Below, piece after piece: positions 49,435 to 58,774 of a stretch of 64,000 nt of DNA. The DNA is taken from contig CALWZC010000004.1 in assembly GCA_944385935.1 (NCBI GenBank), positions 75,426-139,425 of the forward strand, given 5' to 3'. A program made the translations under genes and the position numbers. The notes below the pieces were generated by a model. That model made no database searches and had not been told where the DNA came from. It saw only the letters and a list, made by a program, of their open reading frames with translations. Source of the stretch: an uncultured Anaerofilum sp. Lineage in GTDB: Bacteria > Bacillota > Clostridia > Oscillospirales > Ruminococcaceae. Position 1 is the stretch's first letter. Each line of letters begins with the position of its first letter.

Positions 49435-50136
49435 ATGGCAATTTTTGTAATTGCAGATTTACATCTTTCTTTGGGGTGTGAAAAGCCTATGGATATTTTT
49501 GCTGGCTGGGAAAATTATCAGCAGCGACTAGAAACAAACTGGAGAAATCTGGTTCAACCACAGGATACTGTAGTAATTGCTGGGGACATTTCATGGTCTA
49601 TGCGACTGGAGGAGTGCAAAGCAGATTTTGCTTTTTTGCACAGTTTGCCAGGTAAAAAAATATTACTCAAAGGAAACCATGACTACTGGTGGAGCACCAA
49701 AGCAAAAATGGATAAATTTTTGCAGCAAGAGGGCTTTGACACTTTGCAAATTTTGCACAACAACAGCTTTTTTGTGGAAGGTATGTGGATTTGTGGAAGC
49801 CGAAGCTGGATGTTTGACCTGCAAGAAGAAGCAGATGAAAAAGTAATGGCACGAGAGCTGGGTAGGCTTGCCGCCAGTCTTTCCAGTGCAGGAGAGGGAG
49901 AAAAGCTGGTGTTTTTGCATTATCCTCCTGTTTACCCCGGTGCAAGTTCTCAAGGTGTAGTAGAACTGTTGCATCAATTTGAAGTGAAAAAGTGCTTTTA
50001 TGGGCACTTGCATGGAGCAGCTACCCGTTTTGCTGTGCAAGGGGAGAGAGACGGCATTCAATACAAGCTGGTTTCTGCGGATGCTTTGGAGTTTTGTCCA
50101 TATAAAATTTATTCAGGAACAGTACTGGAAATTTGA
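49435..50136 (+). CDS. metallophosphoesterase (calcineurin-like) family protein
   Basis: MAIFVIADLHL (D-x-H), GDIS, GNHDYW motifs. Confidence 0.8.
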   Translation: MAIFVIADLHLSLGCEKPMDIFAGWENYQQRLETNWRNLVQPQDTVVIAGDISWSMRLEECKADFAFLHSLPGKKILLKGNHDYWWSTKAKMDKFLQQEGFDTLQILHNNSFFVEGMWICGSRSWMFDLQEEADEKVMARELGRLAASLSSAGEGEKLVFLHYPPVYPGASSQGVVELLHQFEVKKCFYGHLHGAATRFAVQGERDGIQYKLVSADALEFCPYKIYSGTVLEI

Positions 50137-50362
50137 AAAAGAATGTGATATAATACTCGGCAGGTGTTTATTATACTGGTGTTTGCAAAACAGATACGGC
50201 AACCTTGCATTGATAGCAAAGGGCTGTTTTGGCAAAGGATACAACCGGGCTTGTTGTCCGGCAAGAGTTCTGCATATTTTGCAGAAGATTTACCACAAAC
50301 CTATTGTTTTTTTGGGGTTTATGGTATAATAAACCAAAATTCGTTTATCTGGAGGAAATACA

Positions 50363-51715
50363 ATGAGTCTGGTAAAATGTGAAAAACTGGAAAACAGCAT
50401 GGTAGAGTTGGAGTTCTCTGCAACTGCAGAGGAGTTTAAGGCTGCTGTTGATAAGGTTGCAAAGCGTGAGGCAAAGAAATACACTCTGCCCGGTTTCCGT
50501 AAAGGTAAGGCACCCCGCCACCTGATTGAGAAAATGTATGGTGCAGATATTTTCCATTATGATGCAATCAACGACCTGTTCCCTGCTGCATACGCTGCTG
50601 CTGTGGAAGAGGCTAATGTAGAGCCTGTAAGCCGCCCCGAAGCAGATGTTGTTTCTTCTTCTTTGCAAGATGGCGTTGTTTTGAAGGCTAAGGTATATGT
50701 AAAGCCTGAAATCACTGTTGGTGAATATAAGGGTTTGAAAGCTACTAAATCTGTCAATCCTGTAGAGGAGAGCCGTGTAGACGAGGAAATCAGCCGTATG
50801 CAGCAGCGCAATGGCCGTGTAGTTACTCGTGAGGGCAAAGCTGAAAAGGGCGACGTTGCAAAGTTTGACTTTGAGGGCTTTGTAGATGGTGTTGCTTTTG
50901 AAGGCGGCAAGGCTGAAAACTACACCTTGGAGCTGGGCAGCGGTCAGTTTATCCCTGGCTTTGAAGACCAGATGATTGGCCACGAGGCTGGCGATGAATT
51001 TGATGTAAATGTAACCTTCCCCGAGGAGTACCATGCAAAAGAGTTGGCAGGTAAGCCCGCTGTATTCAAAATTAAGCTCCATGAGGTTACCACCAAAGAG
51101 CTGCCCGCTTTGGATGACGAGTTTGCAAAAGACGTTAGTGAGTACGACACTCTGGACGAGCTGAAAGCAAGCATTCGCAAGGGTATGGAGGAGCAAGCTG
51201 AGAAACAGGCTGAGCTGGAAGTAGAAAATGCTTTGGTTGACCAAGTAATTGAAACCATGCAGGGCGACATTCCTCAGGTAATGTTTGACAATCGTTTGGA
51301 CGAGATGGTAAACGATTATCGTTTCCGTTTGGAGCAGCAGGGCTTGAAGTTGGAGATGTATCTGCAATATTTGGGCCAGACTGTAGAGGAGTTCCGTGAG
51401 GGCTTTAAGGAGCAGGCTGAAAAGCAGGTAAAGATTCGTCTGGCTTTGGAGGCTATCGCTGCACAAGAGAAGATTGAGGCAACCGAAGAGGAGTTCGAGG
51501 CTGAAATCAACCGCATTGCAGAGATGTACAAGATGGAAGCAGACAAGGTAAAATCTTTGGTAAATGAAACCGAAGTAAAGAAAGACTTGGCTGTAAATAA
51601 GGTAATTGATTTCATCAAAGAAAACGCCAAAATTACCCAAAAAGCTGCCCGCAAAACCGCAGGCCGCAAAAAAGCAGCAAAAACCGAGGAAGCAGCAGAG
51701 GAAACCGCTGAATAA
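50363..51715 (+). CDS. tig: trigger factor
   Basis: ribosome-binding N-domain GFRKGKAPR, FKBP PPIase domain, C-terminal arms. Confidence 0.95.
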   Translation: MSLVKCEKLENSMVELEFSATAEEFKAAVDKVAKREAKKYTLPGFRKGKAPRHLIEKMYGADIFHYDAINDLFPAAYAAAVEEANVEPVSRPEADVVSSSLQDGVVLKAKVYVKPEITVGEYKGLKATKSVNPVEESRVDEEISRMQQRNGRVVTREGKAEKGDVAKFDFEGFVDGVAFEGGKAENYTLELGSGQFIPGFEDQMIGHEAGDEFDVNVTFPEEYHAKELAGKPAVFKIKLHEVTTKELPALDDEFAKDVSEYDTLDELKASIRKGMEEQAEKQAELEVENALVDQVIETMQGDIPQVMFDNRLDEMVNDYRFRLEQQGLKLEMYLQYLGQTVEEFREGFKEQAEKQVKIRLALEAIAAQEKIEATEEEFEAEINRIAEMYKMEADKVKSLVNETEVKKDLAVNKVIDFIKENAKITQKAARKTAGRKKAAKTEEAAEETAE

Positions 51716-51759
51716 GCCACTGCTGTTTACATAAGCCGGCTTTTGGATAAGGATGACCG

Positions 51760-51797
51760 ATACGGCGTGTGTTCGTATCGGTCATTTATACATCGGC
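51760..51797 (+). terminator. putative partial terminator/attenuator hairpin between tig and clpP
   Basis: TGACCGATACG...CGTATCGGTCA 11-bp stem followed by a short T tract (TTTAT). Confidence 0.4.
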
Positions 51798-51836
51798 AGG
51801 TTTAGACATTTTTTTACAAAAGGAGTGACAACTACA

Positions 51837-52421
51837 ATGAGTTTGGTACCTTACGTTGTGGAGCAAACTGCTCGTGGAGAGCGTTCCTATGATATTTTCT
51901 CTCGTCTGTTGAACGACCGCATTATTATGCTGTCGGATGAGGTAAATGATGCCACTGCTAGTTTGGTGGTAGCACAGCTTTTGTACTTGGAAGGACAAGA
52001 CCCCGAAAAGGACATCAGCCTATATATCAACAGCCCCGGCGGTTCCATCAGTGCAGGTTTGGCAATTCATGACACAATGAAATATATTAAGTGTGATGTT
52101 TCTACCATCTGCATGGGTATGGCTGCCTCTATGGGTGCATTTTTGCTGGCAAGTGGAACCAAAGGCAAAAGAATGGCTTTGCCCAATAGCGAGATTATGA
52201 TTCATCAGCCTTTGATGGGAGGCTTGAAGGGACAAGCAACCGATATCAAAATTCATGCTGACCATATTGTACGCACCAAAGAGCGTTTAAATAAGATGTT
52301 GGCAGAGTATACCGGACAGTCTATTGAACAGATTTGTCTGGATACCGAGCGTGACAATTTCCTCACCGCACAACAGGCTTTGGAATATGGTCTGATTGAC
52401 ACAGTAATTGAGAAGCGATAA
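51837..52421 (+). CDS. clpP: ATP-dependent Clp protease proteolytic subunit
   Basis: catalytic triad context GMAASMGA (Ser), HQP (His); typical ClpP length. Confidence 0.95.
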   Translation: MSLVPYVVEQTARGERSYDIFSRLLNDRIIMLSDEVNDATASLVVAQLLYLEGQDPEKDISLYINSPGGSISAGLAIHDTMKYIKCDVSTICMGMAASMGAFLLASGTKGKRMALPNSEIMIHQPLMGGLKGQATDIKIHADHIVRTKERLNKMLAEYTGQSIEQICLDTERDNFLTAQQALEYGLIDTVIEKR

Positions 52422-52434
52422 AAGGTGGAAGCAA

Positions 52435-53742
52435 ATGGCAAATACAACACAAAAAGGTGGCAAAGATAAGCCACTGATTTGCAGTTTTTGCGGAAAGAGC
52501 CAAGATGATGTAGAACGCATGATTATAGGCCCTGGTGTGAATATCTGCAACGAATGTATTGAACTTTGCTCCTCTTTGCTGGATGAGGAGACACCTGCTG
52601 CCCCCAAACAGCGCAGAGGACAAAAGCAGCCTTCTCCATCGGAGGAGGGAATCAATATCCTTACTCCTAAAGAGATTAAGGAAGGATTAGACCAATATGT
52701 CATTGGGCAGGATGAAGCAAAAACTGTTCTGGCAGTATCGGTTTACAACCATTACAAGCGTATTTTTAATGGCCAAGATAATAATGTTGACCTGCAAAAG
52801 AGCAATGTGCTGTTGCTGGGTCCCTCTGGTGTAGGAAAAACCCTGTTGGCACAAACTTTGGCAAAGATGTTAAACGTTCCCTTTGCCATTGCAGATGCAA
52901 CTACTCTCACAGAAGCTGGCTATGTAGGCGAAGATGTGGAAAACATTTTGCTGAAGTTGATTCAAGCTGCTGATTTTGACATCGCCCGTGCAGAAACTGG
53001 TATTATCTATGTGGATGAGATTGATAAGATTACCCGTAAAAGTGAGAATCCCTCTATTACTCGTGATGTAGGTGGCGAGGGTGTACAGCAGGCACTGCTG
53101 AAAATCATTGAGGGTACCGTCAGCAATGTACCTCCACAGGGTGGACGTAAACATCCGCAACAGGAGTTTATTCAGATTAACACCAAAAATATTTTGTTTA
53201 TTTGTGGTGGTGCCTTTGATGGTTTGGAAAAACATATCCAAAGGCGTACCGATACCTCTGCTTTGGGCTTTGGCAGTAAGTTGAAAGAAGACCACGAAAA
53301 AATCAAGGAAAACCTTTTGAAAAAGGTAGAACCAGATGATTTGGTCAAATTTGGACTAATTCCAGAGTTGATTGGTCGGTTGCCCATTGTAACTGTACTC
53401 AATCAACTGGATGAAGAGGCACTGATTCGGGTATTGAAAGAGCCTAAAAACAGCCTGTTGCGCCAATACCAAGCATTGTTCCAGATGGATAATGTGGAAA
53501 TTGAATTTACAGATGAGGCATTGCATGAGATTGCATCCAAAGCACTGAGCCAAAAGAGTGGTGCTCGTGGATTGCGTAGAATTATGGAACATATTCTCAT
53601 CCCCATTATGTATGAGATTCCCAGTGATAATACCATCATAAAAGTGACCATTGACAAGGATACAGTGGATGGTGGTCAGCCTATTTTGGAACATGGAGCA
53701 AAGCAGCAAAGGTATACAGGGGAAACTTTTCCCATTGGATAA
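52435..53742 (+). CDS. clpX: ATP-dependent Clp protease ATP-binding subunit ClpX
   Basis: C4 zinc finger CSFCGK...CNECI; Walker A GPSGVGKT; tig-clpP-clpX synteny. Confidence 0.95.
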   Translation: MANTTQKGGKDKPLICSFCGKSQDDVERMIIGPGVNICNECIELCSSLLDEETPAAPKQRRGQKQPSPSEEGINILTPKEIKEGLDQYVIGQDEAKTVLAVSVYNHYKRIFNGQDNNVDLQKSNVLLLGPSGVGKTLLAQTLAKMLNVPFAIADATTLTEAGYVGEDVENILLKLIQAADFDIARAETGIIYVDEIDKITRKSENPSITRDVGGEGVQQALLKIIEGTVSNVPPQGGRKHPQQEFIQINTKNILFICGGAFDGLEKHIQRRTDTSALGFGSKLKEDHEKIKENLLKKVEPDDLVKFGLIPELIGRLPIVTVLNQLDEEALIRVLKEPKNSLLRQYQALFQMDNVEIEFTDEALHEIASKALSQKSGARGLRRIMEHILIPIMYEIPSDNTIIKVTIDKDTVDGGQPILEHGAKQQRYTGETFPIG

Positions 53743-53754
53743 TAGCTAAAAATA

Positions 53755-53800
53755 CGGCGGAAGTAGCTTTTTATAGTTTACTTCTGCCGTAAATTTTTTG
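53755..53800 (+). terminator. rho-independent terminator after clpX
   Basis: ACGGCGGAAGTA...TACTTCTGCCGT stem (one G-U) then AAATTTTTT. Confidence 0.75.
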
Positions 53801-54120
53801 TAAAATATAACGTGAATGAGAACAAAAACTTTACAAATAAAATATTTGTAAAGAATTTGATAATTATGTAACAATTTGTAGAAATCGGTATTGAAGTAGG
53901 TAACTATTTATGTTAAAATTATGTTAATAAAATGAAGGTGGAAAAATTTGCATTTTAAATTTGTTACCGGACTATGTTGATTAAAGGAGGCAATGTAGAG
54001 ATAAGTATGAAGGGCAGATTTTGTCTATGACTTCATAGAGTTGTGTCTGTAGGAATGAAAGAACTCTCTTACAGAATAAAATGTTGGTGTAAGACCTGTA
54101 TGGAAAGAGGGATATTACAA

Positions 54121-55914
54121 ATGAAAAACTTAAAATTGTTCCACAAGTTTTTGCTTTCTTTTGGAATTATTTTGTTGTTAATTGTAACAATTGGCGTTGC
54201 ATATTTGCTTTCTGCTAACCGATTGAGCGGTGTAACAGATGTATATGCTACTCAATCCATTCCAGCAGTAAAAGAGATGTGGGCTTTGCGCAGGAATGTT
54301 CTTTCCACCCAAAGATACGCTCTGGAAACAATTGTTGCCGATAATATGGATGACTTTTCTACCACCCAGAATGATTTGGAAACAGAACGACAAAAAATAA
54401 ATGAGGGAATTGATAAATTATTGGTATTAACACCTCCCTACAAGGAGGAGCTGGAAGAAATCAAGACCCTATTAGGCGATGCTGGACAATATCGAGAGCA
54501 GATTGTTGCAGAAGCACAAAAACTTACAGACGAAGGAAAAGCCAAGGCATACGACATTTATCAAAACAGCTATGAACCCGCTTTTGTCAAAGCAGCAGAT
54601 GCAATAGTTGCTTTACAAGCACAGCTGGATACTGCCATTGAAAATCAATATACAAGGTCTGTAAATACACAAAATACTGCTATTGTAATTGTAATTGTTT
54701 TGGTATCAGCTACACTGGCGGTTTCTGCGTTTATCACAGTTTCTCTGACTAAATCTATTATTCATCCTGTCAAAGAAATTAAAGATGCTATGAATGCCTT
54801 CTCTAAAGGTGAGTTTTCTAAGGCAAAAATTACATACGAATCCAAGGATGAGATGGGCGATGTGTGCAATTCTGCACGAGAATTGGTACAGCATATTGAA
54901 CGTATGGTAGACGATTTGTCCGATGGCTTGCAGGGAATTTCTAAAGGTAACTTCACCGTACAAAGCTCCGATGATAATATGTATGTAGGCAATTTTGCTC
55001 CTTTGGCAGTTTCTACTTATAAAATTTTGGATAGCTTGAGTGAAACCATTCGTAAAATTGGTATGGCTGCCGACCAGGTGGCTAGTGGTGCTGACCAAGT
55101 TTCTGGCGGTGCACAAGCACTAAGTCAAGGTGCAACAGAACAGGCTAGCAGTGTACAAGAGCTATCTGCAACTCTGTCTGAGATTTCCAACCAAGTCAAC
55201 CAGAATGCAGAAAATGCACTGAAAGCCCGGAAAGAAGCAGAAAAAGTCAACGAAGAAGTGCAGACAAGCAATGAACAAATGCGCGACATGATTGCTGCCA
55301 TGGGCGATATTAGCGGAAAATCCAACGAGATTGGAAAGATTATCAAAGCTATTGAGGATATTGCCTTCCAAACCAATATTTTGGCATTGAATGCAGCTGT
55401 AGAGGCGGCTCGTGCTGGTGTAGCGGGCAAAGGCTTTGCTGTGGTTGCAGATGAAGTACGTAACCTTGCACAAAAATCCAGTGAGGCTGCAAGTAACACT
55501 ACTTTGCTGATTGAAGAAACTGTGCAGGCTGTAAATCGTGGTGTATCCATTGCAAACAATACTGCTGAATCTATGCAAAATGTAGTAAAAGATGTTGCTC
55601 AAGCGGTAGCATTGATTGATGAGATTGCACAGGCTTCGGAAGACCAAGCAGTGGCAGTTACACAGGTAACTACTGGTATTGAACAAATTTCTAGTGTTGT
55701 ACAGACAAACAGCGCAACGGCAGAGCAGAGCGCAGCTGCTAGTGAGGAATTGTCTGGTCAAGCAGCACTTATGAAAGAGCTGGTAAGTGTATTTAAGTTG
55801 GTAGATAACGGATATGAAACATCTCTGGTAGATTCCAACAGTATGGGTGCATATCCTTCCTCGGCACAAAGTGTGTCCAACGAGTTTGATACCATGGGTA
55901 GTGGAAAATATTAA
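54121..55914 (+). CDS. methyl-accepting chemotaxis protein
   Basis: Start MKNLKLF after GGAAAGAGGG; two TM segments flanking a periplasmic helical sensor, HAMP, conserved MA signalling domain (highly conserved hairpin [19 protein letters not shown]). Confidence 0.9.
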   Translation: MKNLKLFHKFLLSFGIILLLIVTIGVAYLLSANRLSGVTDVYATQSIPAVKEMWALRRNVLSTQRYALETIVADNMDDFSTTQNDLETERQKINEGIDKLLVLTPPYKEELEEIKTLLGDAGQYREQIVAEAQKLTDEGKAKAYDIYQNSYEPAFVKAADAIVALQAQLDTAIENQYTRSVNTQNTAIVIVIVLVSATLAVSAFITVSLTKSIIHPVKEIKDAMNAFSKGEFSKAKITYESKDEMGDVCNSARELVQHIERMVDDLSDGLQGISKGNFTVQSSDDNMYVGNFAPLAVSTYKILDSLSETIRKIGMAADQVASGADQVSGGAQALSQGATEQASSVQELSATLSEISNQVNQNAENALKARKEAEKVNEEVQTSNEQMRDMIAAMGDISGKSNEIGKIIKAIEDIAFQTNILALNAAVEAARAGVAGKGFAVVADEVRNLAQKSSEAASNTTLLIEETVQAVNRGVSIANNTAESMQNVVKDVAQAVALIDEIAQASEDQAVAVTQVTTGIEQISSVVQTNSATAEQSAAASEELSGQAALMKELVSVFKLVDNGYETSLVDSNSMGAYPSSAQSVSNEFDTMGSGKY

Positions 55915-55935
55915 AAATATTTGCTTTGTCACAAT

Positions 55936-55970
55936 AGGAGAGGTAGTTTATAAGCTACTTCTCCTTTTTG
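55936..55970 (+). terminator. rho-independent terminator after MCP
   Basis: GGAGAGGTAG...CTACTTCTCC stem then TTTTTG. Confidence 0.7.
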
Positions 55971-56023
55971 AGTCTAGTTCATGGATTTGAATGAAGTCAA
56001 AAGGATATATTTGCAGAAAATAC

Positions 56024-56075
56024 AGCAATGGGATAAGGTTGGGTTGTTGCAATCCATTGAAAAATCAGGTAAAAT
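56024..56075 (+). promoter_or_regulatory. promoter (-35 TTGCAA, 17 nt, -10 TAAAAT) with overlapping 9-bp-arm palindrome AAAATGATAactgTATCATTTT
   Basis: read directly upstream of the radical SAM gene. Confidence 0.4.
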
Positions 56076-56172
56076 GATAACTGTATCATTTTGGGCAAAG
56101 ATTATGTGAATTGTTAGCACAACTTTGCTCTACCATATTTCCAAACAATTTGTTTGGACAGGAGGAACCTGA

Positions 56173-58032
56173 ATGTTTAACGAAACGTTGAAAGCTGCTC
56201 TTGCTGCTGTGCAAAAACCGGGCAGATACACTGGCGGTGAGCCGGGCTGTGTATACAAAGACAAAACCCAGTTGGATTTGCGCTTTGCCTTTTGCTTTCC
56301 AGACACCTATGAGGTTGGAATGTCCTTTTTGGGAATGAAAATTCTGTATGAGGAACTGAACAAAAATCCTCGTTGGTGGTGCGAAAGAGCCTTTATGCCT
56401 TGGGTGGATATGAAGGAAGAAATGGAGAAACGGAATATTCCCTTGTACTGCCTAGAAAGCAAAGACCCCTTAACCGATTTTGATATTGTGGGCTTTACCT
56501 TGCAGTATGAGCTTTCCTATACCAATATTTTGGCTATGCTGGATATGGCTGGAATCCCTTTGCGCGCTGCTGACCGTGGAGAGGACATGCCTCTGATTGT
56601 GGCAGGTGGCCCCTGTGTTTGCAATGCTGAACCTTTGGCAGATTTTTTTGACATGATGATGTTAGGCGAAGGGGAAGAGCAGCTTCCTGCTGTATGTGAA
56701 TTGACTGTAAAGGCAAAAAAAGAGGGATGGAGCAAGAAAAAACTGTTGCGAGCCATGGCAGATATTCCTGGCTGCTATGTCCCTAGTTTGTATCAGGTTA
56801 ATTATTTTGAGGACGGGCGAGTAAAAGAAATTTTGCCCTTGGATGGTGTGCCGGCTGTTGTGACAAAGGCAATTATTAAGGATATGAACACCCAGCCCAT
56901 TCCTACCAATTTTATTGTGCCAATGGTAGGGGCTGTCCATGACCGTGGTCAAATTGAGGTATTGCGTGGTTGTGTTCGTGGCTGCCGTTTCTGTCAAGCT
57001 GGATTCTTGTACCGTCCCATGAGAGAGCGTAACGCTGATATGCTCAACAAGGGCGCACAAGATTTGTGTGGCAGCACTGGTTATGATGAGGTAAGTTTGA
57101 CCAGTTTGTCCACCTCTGACCATAGCCAACTGGAAACTTTGCTGGATGAAATGCTGGAATGGACTCCCGAACAACATGTAAATATCGCTTTGCCTAGCTT
57201 GCGTATTGATAATTTTAGTGAAAGTTTGATTGAAAAGACCACAAAGGTTCGCAAAAGTGGCTTGACCTTTGCTCCTGAAGCAGGCACCCAACGACTGCGT
57301 GATGTTATCAACAAAAATATCACGTGGGAAGAGATTGAAAAAAGCTGTCGTATTGCCTTTGAAGCAGGCTATACCGGCGTAAAGCTGTATTTTATGATGG
57401 GCTTACCCACCGAAACCATGGAAGATATCGAGGGCATTGCAGAAACTGCCCAGAAAATTGTGGATTTGTACTATCAAAATCCCAACAAGCCAAAGGGCAG
57501 GGGAGTACAAGTAACAATTAGTGTTTCCTGTTTTGTGCCAAAACCACACACGCCATTCCAATTTTGTCCACAAGACACCAAAGAAATGCTGGAGGCAAAA
57601 CAAAAACATCTGGTAAGCAGTGTGAAAAGCAAAAAAATTACTGTCCGTTATCATGACAGCAAAACCAGCTTTTTGGAGGCAGTCTTTGCCAAAGGTGACC
57701 GACGTTTGGGGGCTGTTTTGGAGGAAGCATACCGCCGTGGTTGTTATTTTGATGGCTGGGATGACCAGTTTAAGTATGACACATGGCTGGAAGTATTCCG
57801 AGATTTAGGGGTAGATATGGAATTCTATGCCAACCGCTTTATCCCTACCGATGAAGTAACTCCTTGGGAGCATTTACACTATGGTGTCACAAAGCGGTAC
57901 TTGATTTCCGAGTACGAAAATGCTTTGAAAGCTCAAACAACTCCTCCCTGTAACCGTCATTGTGCAGGATGTGGAGCCAATAAACTGCTGGGAGGTGCCT
58001 GTTTTGAATACAATACGAGCATGGTTCACTAA
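56173..58032 (+). CDS. B12-binding domain radical SAM protein (TIGR03960 family)
   Basis: N-terminal B12-binding-like domain; radical SAM cluster RGCVRGCRFCQAG; 619 aa. Confidence 0.8.
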   Translation: MFNETLKAALAAVQKPGRYTGGEPGCVYKDKTQLDLRFAFCFPDTYEVGMSFLGMKILYEELNKNPRWWCERAFMPWVDMKEEMEKRNIPLYCLESKDPLTDFDIVGFTLQYELSYTNILAMLDMAGIPLRAADRGEDMPLIVAGGPCVCNAEPLADFFDMMMLGEGEEQLPAVCELTVKAKKEGWSKKKLLRAMADIPGCYVPSLYQVNYFEDGRVKEILPLDGVPAVVTKAIIKDMNTQPIPTNFIVPMVGAVHDRGQIEVLRGCVRGCRFCQAGFLYRPMRERNADMLNKGAQDLCGSTGYDEVSLTSLSTSDHSQLETLLDEMLEWTPEQHVNIALPSLRIDNFSESLIEKTTKVRKSGLTFAPEAGTQRLRDVINKNITWEEIEKSCRIAFEAGYTGVKLYFMMGLPTETMEDIEGIAETAQKIVDLYYQNPNKPKGRGVQVTISVSCFVPKPHTPFQFCPQDTKEMLEAKQKHLVSSVKSKKITVRYHDSKTSFLEAVFAKGDRRLGAVLEEAYRRGCYFDGWDDQFKYDTWLEVFRDLGVDMEFYANRFIPTDEVTPWEHLHYGVTKRYLISEYENALKAQTTPPCNRHCAGCGANKLLGGACFEYNTSMVH

Positions 58033-58657
58033 GACAGGGGAGGCATCCTATATCTCCCATTTGGATTTGCAGCGAGTAATGGGTCGTGCCATGCGGCGGG
58101 CAAAGTTGCCAGTGTGGTATTCCAAAGGCTTTAATCCCCATATTTATATGACCTTTGCCCTTCCTCTCCCACTGGGACAAGAAAGCCTTGTAGAGAGTGT
58201 GGATTTCCGCAGTGAGGAAGAAAATTTAGACTTTGAAGCCATGGCAAAAGCCCTTAGTGAGGCCCTGCCTCGTGGTATTGATGTAAAAAAAATGTACCTT
58301 GCAGATACTGATGCTGCTAAAATTGCATCTGCAAAATATCAAGTGCGGGTTCCCGGGGATTGGACAAAAGCAATAGAGCAATACAATGCACTGTCTGAAG
58401 CAATCGTTGAGAAAAAGACCAAACGAGGCACAAAACCATTGAACCTGAAAGAGCAAATTCCTTCTGTGGAGAGTTGGCTGCGGGATGGTCAAACCTGTTT
58501 CACCTTGACTTTGCCAGCAGGCAGCAGCGGACTGAATTTGAATCCCACCTTGTTGCTGCAATATTTGCAAGAGCAATATGGTTTGCCTGTTTCCACAGCG
58601 GAGATTTTGCGGGTAGCAATTTATACCGAAGATGGTAATAAATTTTTGGGTGAATAA
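58004..58657 (+). CDS. TIGR03936/DUF2344 family protein (partner of TIGR03960 radical SAM)
   Basis: TTG start after GGAGGTG; ISHLDL...RAMRRAKLPV..SKGFNPH motif; overlaps the upstream gene by 29 nt. Confidence 0.75.
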   Translation: MNTIRAWFTKTGEASYISHLDLQRVMGRAMRRAKLPVWYSKGFNPHIYMTFALPLPLGQESLVESVDFRSEEENLDFEAMAKALSEALPRGIDVKKMYLADTDAAKIASAKYQVRVPGDWTKAIEQYNALSEAIVEKKTKRGTKPLNLKEQIPSVESWLRDGQTCFTLTLPAGSSGLNLNPTLLLQYLQEQYGLPVSTAEILRVAIYTEDGNKFLGE

Positions 58658-58705
58658 AAAAGCAATACCCCAATAGAATCCTTATATCGTTTATTGAAAA
58701 TAAGA

Positions 58706-58753
58706 GTTTTATTGTATAAAAAAGCACCAAACCCAGCCAAATGGTTGGATTTG
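58706..58753. terminator. bidirectional rho-independent terminator
   Basis: AGCACCAAA...TTTGGTGCT stem flanked by A-run and T-run. Confidence 0.8.
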
Positions 58754-58774
58754 GTGCTTTTTCTATATTCTAGA

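Noticed and set aside
50345-51640. 431-aa ORF on the minus strand
   Set aside because: It lies entirely antisense to trigger factor. The protein is low-complexity and Leu/Ser/Cys-rich with no domain features, so it is a shadow ORF.
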